Shown piece after piece: positions 59,623 to 64,000 of a DNA stretch of 64,000 bases. The translations under genes were made by a program, and so were the position numbers. Origin of the DNA: a virus (taxonomy: Duplodnaviria > Caudoviricetes); IMG/VR virus record IMGVR_UViG_3300024290_000003, positions 2,163 through 66,162 of that record. One strand, given 5' to 3'. The notes beneath the pieces were generated by a model, which was not told the DNA's origin, did not search any database, and worked only from the letters and a program-made list of their open reading frames with translations. Each line of letters begins with the position of its first letter. Position 1 is the stretch's first letter.

Positions 59623-60834
59623 ATGGCCCAAGTAATTGGGGATCGCACAACTAATCAGGCAATCACAGAAACCCGGCTAATTCGACAGGTCGGGGCTGAG
59701 ATTTCCTTGCTGGAGCCGAACGAGGCTCCTCTCATCACGTTTTTGAACCGGCTCAAAAAGCGGCGTGCCGTGAAATCGCCGCGCTGGGAATGGTTCGAGG
59801 ACGACTATGTGGCGCGGTGGACGCAGAACGGCACCTCCACAGTCGCCAACAGCACTTCCTCGACCACCATTACCGTTGTTGACGGCACGCTGTTCGTGCC
59901 CGGCGACACGTTCGTGGTGCCTAAAGCCACGTCCAGCTCATCCGCGCCCGAAGTCTGCCGCGTGACCGTGGTTTCCACCAACACCCTCACCGTCGTGCGC
60001 GATATTGGCGGTGTCGGAGCCGATACCATCCTGCCGAGCGCGGCGCTGCGCTTGATGGGCACGTCCTACGAAGAAGGCGGCACGATTCCGTCCGCCAAGA
60101 CCACGGCTCCGGTTGGCAAGATCACATATACCCAGATTTTCAGGGACGTGATCGACATGGCCAACACCAACATCGCGTCTGCTCAGTACGGTACGTCGAA
60201 TGAGCGCCAACGCCTGCACCAGAAGGCGCTAAAGTCCCACAAGATCAAGATGAACATGGCGTTCCTTTTCGGACAGCCATCGGAATCTCTCGCGGGCGGT
60301 CCTACCGGTAAACCCATTCGGACCACGATGGGGCTGAACAACACCATTTCGACAAACGTGGTGGACGCGGCCGGCACTCTGACCATGAAGACCTTCGAGA
60401 CGTTCTCCCGCGCCGCCTTCCGTTATGGCAAGAACGAAAAGCTCTTGCTATGCTCGCCCATCGTCAAAAGCGCCATCAACTCCTGGGGCAACAACTACCT
60501 CATGGTGAAGCCCGGCGAGAAGAAATGGGGCGTGAACGTTCAGGAAGTGCAGACGGCGCACGGCACCTGGCTCGTGACAAACGACTGGATGCTCGAAACT
60601 GCCATCAGCGGCCAGAACGGATTCGGCAACATGGCCTTCTCGATTGATGTGGACATGCTCGACATGATCTATCTCAGCGGGAACGGCGAAAACCGCGATA
60701 CGCACATCCGCGAGAACGTCATCCTGGATGGCCGCGACGCCAAGGTGGACGAAATCCTCAGCGAAATCGGCTTGGTCGTGATGCAAGAAAAGTGGCATGC
60801 GAAATTGTTCGACGTGACCGACTACAGCCAGTAG
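59623..60834 (+). CDS. Major capsid protein (SU10/DUF5309-like)
   Basis: ISLLEPNEAPL, WEWFED, YTQIF, RTTMGL, ILSEIGL. Confidence 0.85.
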   Translation: MAQVIGDRTTNQAITETRLIRQVGAEISLLEPNEAPLITFLNRLKKRRAVKSPRWEWFEDDYVARWTQNGTSTVANSTSSTTITVVDGTLFVPGDTFVVPKATSSSSAPEVCRVTVVSTNTLTVVRDIGGVGADTILPSAALRLMGTSYEEGGTIPSAKTTAPVGKITYTQIFRDVIDMANTNIASAQYGTSNERQRLHQKALKSHKIKMNMAFLFGQPSESLAGGPTGKPIRTTMGLNNTISTNVVDAAGTLTMKTFETFSRAAFRYGKNEKLLLCSPIVKSAINSWGNNYLMVKPGEKKWGVNVQEVQTAHGTWLVTNDWMLETAISGQNGFGNMAFSIDVDMLDMIYLSGNGENRDTHIRENVILDGRDAKVDEILSEIGLVVMQEKWHAKLFDVTDYSQ

Positions 60835-60977
60835 CAATAACTGATTTAGTATCATGAGTTTCTATAACAATATCGAACTTATCAAGCTATTGTTATAGGG
60901 GCCTTGATGCGGCCACAATCAGGTCGATTTGGCGCGGAGACAACTGGAAACATCTGACGATGCCATAGCACCTCCTC

Positions 60978-61010
60978 TGGGGCGCTCTTCTGCGGGTGCC
61001 CCACATTTTT
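60978..61010 (+). terminator. Intrinsic terminator after capsid gene
   Basis: TGGGGCGCTC..GGGTGCCCCA followed by CATTTTT. Confidence 0.6.
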
Positions 61011-61031
61011 CACACAACCGAAAGGAACACA

Positions 61032-61424
61032 ATGTCAGCAGTAACAGAACCGCTGCGAGCGCCTGTGCAACAGCCGGAGCGCCGCGTATTTTACTCCCGC
61101 AACGCTGGGCTGTGCATCAGCGCCAACAAGGGCCGCAAGGTCATGATTGACGGCGAACTGAAGCGCGACGGCGAGAAGATGATCGAGTTCATTCCGCAAC
61201 CGGATGACTACGGCCAGTTCGTGACGGAGGACCCGGAACTGATCGAGTTCCTGGAGCGGCGCGTCGCAACAGTGGGCGACGTGATGCTGCCGGAAAAGTA
61301 TAACGAACTCACGACTCCGCTTGAGATGCGCGTTAAGGAACTGAAGGACGAAAACGCGCGGGTGATCGAGGACAGAAATCGGCTCATCAAGATGTTGGAA
61401 GAACTCAAGAACAAGGCGAAGTGA
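61032..61424 (+). CDS. Hypothetical protein with C-terminal coiled coil
   Basis: AAAGGA RBS. Confidence 0.65.
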   Translation: MSAVTEPLRAPVQQPERRVFYSRNAGLCISANKGRKVMIDGELKRDGEKMIEFIPQPDDYGQFVTEDPELIEFLERRVATVGDVMLPEKYNELTTPLEMRVKELKDENARVIEDRNRLIKMLEELKNKAK

Positions 61425-62197
61425 AAGTAGACCTGTTCGTTTTCAGCTACCGCAACGGGCCAGCGTCGGCGCGTGACGCGATCTCGGTGATGCGTAACTA
61501 CGCCCTAAAAGAGGGAATCGACGTTCATCATCGGGATTACGGCAACGCGCTGATCCATCGTGCGCGGAATACGGCGCTGGCGGCGATGCGGCCCGATGCC
61601 GACTTTGCCCTTTTCGTGGATGACGATATGGTGCCGCCTACTGAGTCGATCATCCGGCTCGCGGCGCACGATGTGCCGGTGGTGAGCGCCCTATGCACTA
61701 CGCGCGTGCCGCCGGTCGAGATTGCGGCGAAGGTTTACGACCCGATTGCGGATCAGTTCTGCCCTCTGGAATGTGTCAATCTGACACGGTTGATTACCGG
61801 GCAGTTTGGCATCGGAACTGGGTTCGTGATGATCCGGCGCGATGCCGTAGAAGCATTGTGCGGATATTACCTGTCGGCTCACGATTGGCTGGATGAGAAC
61901 CGCCGTCGCATGGATCGGCTCCATGTGCGTTCGGAGAACCGGGAGAAGGAGCGCAAGCGGCTGGAACAGATCCGCATGGCGAACTGGGCCAAAGAGAAGC
62001 ACCTTCGGGTGTTCAGCTATTTCGTCGGGGAAAACGAAATGGAACTGGGAGAGGATATTACGTTCTCGCGGCGGCTGATTCGGCTTCGCATTCCGGTTTC
62101 AATTGACGGCACGCTGATACCGGGGCACATCGGCGAGCGGCCCTATTCCGTTTACGACGTGCTGAACGATGAAGAGAACGTTGTGAAGGTCGCATGA
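61421..62197 (+). CDS. Glycosyltransferase-like protein (GT-A fold)
   Basis: IHRARN, LFVDDDM, GTGFVMIRR, GEDITFS, GHIG. Confidence 0.8.
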   Translation: MKVDLFVFSYRNGPASARDAISVMRNYALKEGIDVHHRDYGNALIHRARNTALAAMRPDADFALFVDDDMVPPTESIIRLAAHDVPVVSALCTTRVPPVEIAAKVYDPIADQFCPLECVNLTRLITGQFGIGTGFVMIRRDAVEALCGYYLSAHDWLDENRRRMDRLHVRSENREKERKRLEQIRMANWAKEKHLRVFSYFVGENEMELGEDITFSRRLIRLRIPVSIDGTLIPGHIGERPYSVYDVLNDEENVVKVA

Positions 62198-62904
62198 CCA
62201 CAGTCGATATCGAGACGCAGGCCGATCCAGACGGGCTGGCCACTACCAGCCTGAATCTGAAGTTTGTCCTGCGCCACAAGGTTGTGCCGGACTTCTATTC
62301 GGTGCCTGATTCCTCGCAAGCAGGCGGCATGGGTGGAGTCGGCTATGTCGGCTGGCGGCGCAAGTCTATATCGCAGGCGATCACGCAAGGTCAGCAGACT
62401 TTCGATCTACCAGACGATTTCGGCACGATGAAAACGATCTCTCTCGGGATCGCTTCCATCAATAACCAACTTGAATTTGAAACGCATGAACTGAGCTATA
62501 TCGGCGATAATCCGACGCTAGTCATGATGGCCGAGAGCGCGACGGTGCAGGTTCAACCGACAGGGTGGTATCTGGTCTGGACTTCGGCCTCCGGTGGCCA
62601 TCCAGCGGGCTATCGCACGGTGAAGTTCGACGCGCCTTCGGATGCGGCCTATACGTGCCGCGCCGTCTACTACAACCAGATCAATTTCGCGGACGACACC
62701 ACCTCGGTGGACCTGAACGTATACATCCCGCAGCCGTATCAGTGGGCGCTGGTCTGCGGCCTCCAGCGAGAGCTTTATGCGACGCGGCTCTCACAGGGGG
62801 ATGATCGCTACCAGCGGGCCGACTCCGAGTACAGGCGCATCATCAATCAGGCACGACGGAACATGGAGCACACGGCGCAGCACAAGCCGAAGATCATTCG
62901 CTAA
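62194..62904 (+). CDS. Head-tail adaptor / tail tubular protein
   Basis: GQQTFDLPDDF, IPQPYQWALVCG; position after capsid genes. Confidence 0.7.
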   Translation: MTTVDIETQADPDGLATTSLNLKFVLRHKVVPDFYSVPDSSQAGGMGGVGYVGWRRKSISQAITQGQQTFDLPDDFGTMKTISLGIASINNQLEFETHELSYIGDNPTLVMMAESATVQVQPTGWYLVWTSASGGHPAGYRTVKFDAPSDAAYTCRAVYYNQINFADDTTSVDLNVYIPQPYQWALVCGLQRELYATRLSQGDDRYQRADSEYRRIINQARRNMEHTAQHKPKIIR

Positions 62905-64000
62905 TGCCACGCCAAGTCGATCCAGAGCCACAACTAGAGTTCCACGGCGTATACACGGCGGGAAACCCGATTCGGCGTCCCGCGCACACCGCTGCCAAGT
63001 GTCTGGACTTCCGGGTGATGCCGGGATACTATCTGCGGCTGCGCGGCGGGCGCAAGGCTCGATACAACATCCCCAGCGCCACTTCCGTGCTCCGCATCGT
63101 GCCATACCGCGACCCGCATTTCTTCGGCTGGAGCTATCATCCGATGCAGGTCAACCTGAGCGGCACGGTGAAATGGGTTCCGTTCCAGATCGCCACCTAC
63201 CAGCCCGACCCGTTCAACATCATCGAGGTTATAACCGGAACTTATGATGGGAACTTCTCCCTTACCAATCCCGCAGCAGCCTGCATCTTGGCCGACCGTC
63301 CACTGCTCTACAACGGACTGGGGGTTCTCAGCGGCAGCGGATCGCAACCCGCCTTCTCGACATACTACTCTAGCGTCACGCGCTACTACGGACTGGACGC
63401 TTATGCTCCAGGCGGTGTCGCTCCATCGGTTGCATTCGCGGCTGGCGCCGGGAACAATACAGTGGCGACCAGCGTGGACATATACGTGGGGCTGTACAGC
63501 TCTCAGACAGGCCACTACTCGAACGGGGTCAAGTGCGGCACTATTACGACGACCGGAGCAACCGGCACGATAACGGTGTCGAATTTAGCGCGGATCGTGC
63601 CGAGTTACCACAACGCCACTGAACAAAGCGAATTATTCTACGTGTTCTACGCGACAGTGGACGGCGGAACGGTACCCTATTTGATCCTGAATTCCGGTTT
63701 GACCGGACCATTCACGGTGGCAATCAGCAGCGGCTCGGCGTCGCTATCAATCGCTTCCGGCACAACGAACGGCTGGGTGCTGGACCTCACCAAGGAGATG
63801 CCGTTCCAGAACTATCCGCCGCGGCCGATGCAAAGCGTCTGCTACGTCAACGGGCGGGTCTATGGTTGCCTGCTGGCCGGCGGCTCTGGCACGCGCTCAG
63901 ACTTCAGCTATGTGCCGGCCACGAAGGATCTCGCGGCGGTAGTGTGGTCGCAGGCCGCAAGCGATTCCGCCCGGCAGAACGTTGTCGGGGATCCGAATCA
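62904..64000 (+). CDS. Tail nozzle/stabilisation protein, N-terminal part (runs off window)
   Basis: TAATG coupling; MPRQVDPEPQLEFHGVYTAG...; not in ORF track, consistent with no stop in the window. Confidence 0.6.
   Translation, partial: MPRQVDPEPQLEFHGVYTAGNPIRRPAHTAAKCLDFRVMPGYYLRLRGGRKARYNIPSATSVLRIVPYRDPHFFGWSYHPMQVNLSGTVKWVPFQIATYQPDPFNIIEVITGTYDGNFSLTNPAAACILADRPLLYNGLGVLSGSGSQPAFSTYYSSVTRYYGLDAYAPGGVAPSVAFAAGAGNNTVATSVDIYVGLYSSQTGHYSNGVKCGTITTTGATGTITVSNLARIVPSYHNATEQSELFYVFYATVDGGTVPYLILNSGLTGPFTVAISSGSASLSIASGTTNGWVLDLTKEMPFQNYPPRPMQSVCYVNGRVYGCLLAGGSGTRSDFSYVPATKDLAAVVWSQAASDSARQNVVGDPN

Overview
The window is most of a temperate, podovirus-like (P22/T7-style: portal, scaffold, capsid, adaptor, ejection proteins, no tape measure) phage genome. 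It is circularly permuted, beginning and ending inside tail genes, with no host genes. A tyrosine integrase lies mid-window next to an apparently intact attP-like gap, so this is probably the excised or virion form. An Acidobacteriota-type Gram-negative host is inferred from the PEP-CTERM gene, the style of the signal peptides and a DUF3309 gene. Gene order: tail and ejection genes (1-8.7 kb); a block of signal-peptide-bearing adhesin/lectin-like proteins (8.7-20 kb); endolysin and small membrane proteins; four reverse-strand tRNAs; an unannotated secreted Cys-peptide plus 7-TM protein pair; a divergent ribbon-helix-helix switch; the early operon (HNH, integrase with repeat-bounded gene cassettes, two DNA methylases, RecE-like/AAA recombination, a ~420-nt structured non-coding segment, YdaU-type initiator with iterons); a reverse-strand sigma70-driven cluster; and the late region (TylF methyltransferase, prion-like protein, terminase split by a glycosyltransferase, portal, scaffold, capsid, second glycosyltransferase, adaptor, tail). 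Best candidates for new biology are the peptide/7-TM module beside the switch, the structured RNA, junction-repeat cassette acquisition, the exported tail-region proteins, and the split terminase with a glycosylation set. All calls are by eye from motifs; no searches or folding were run.
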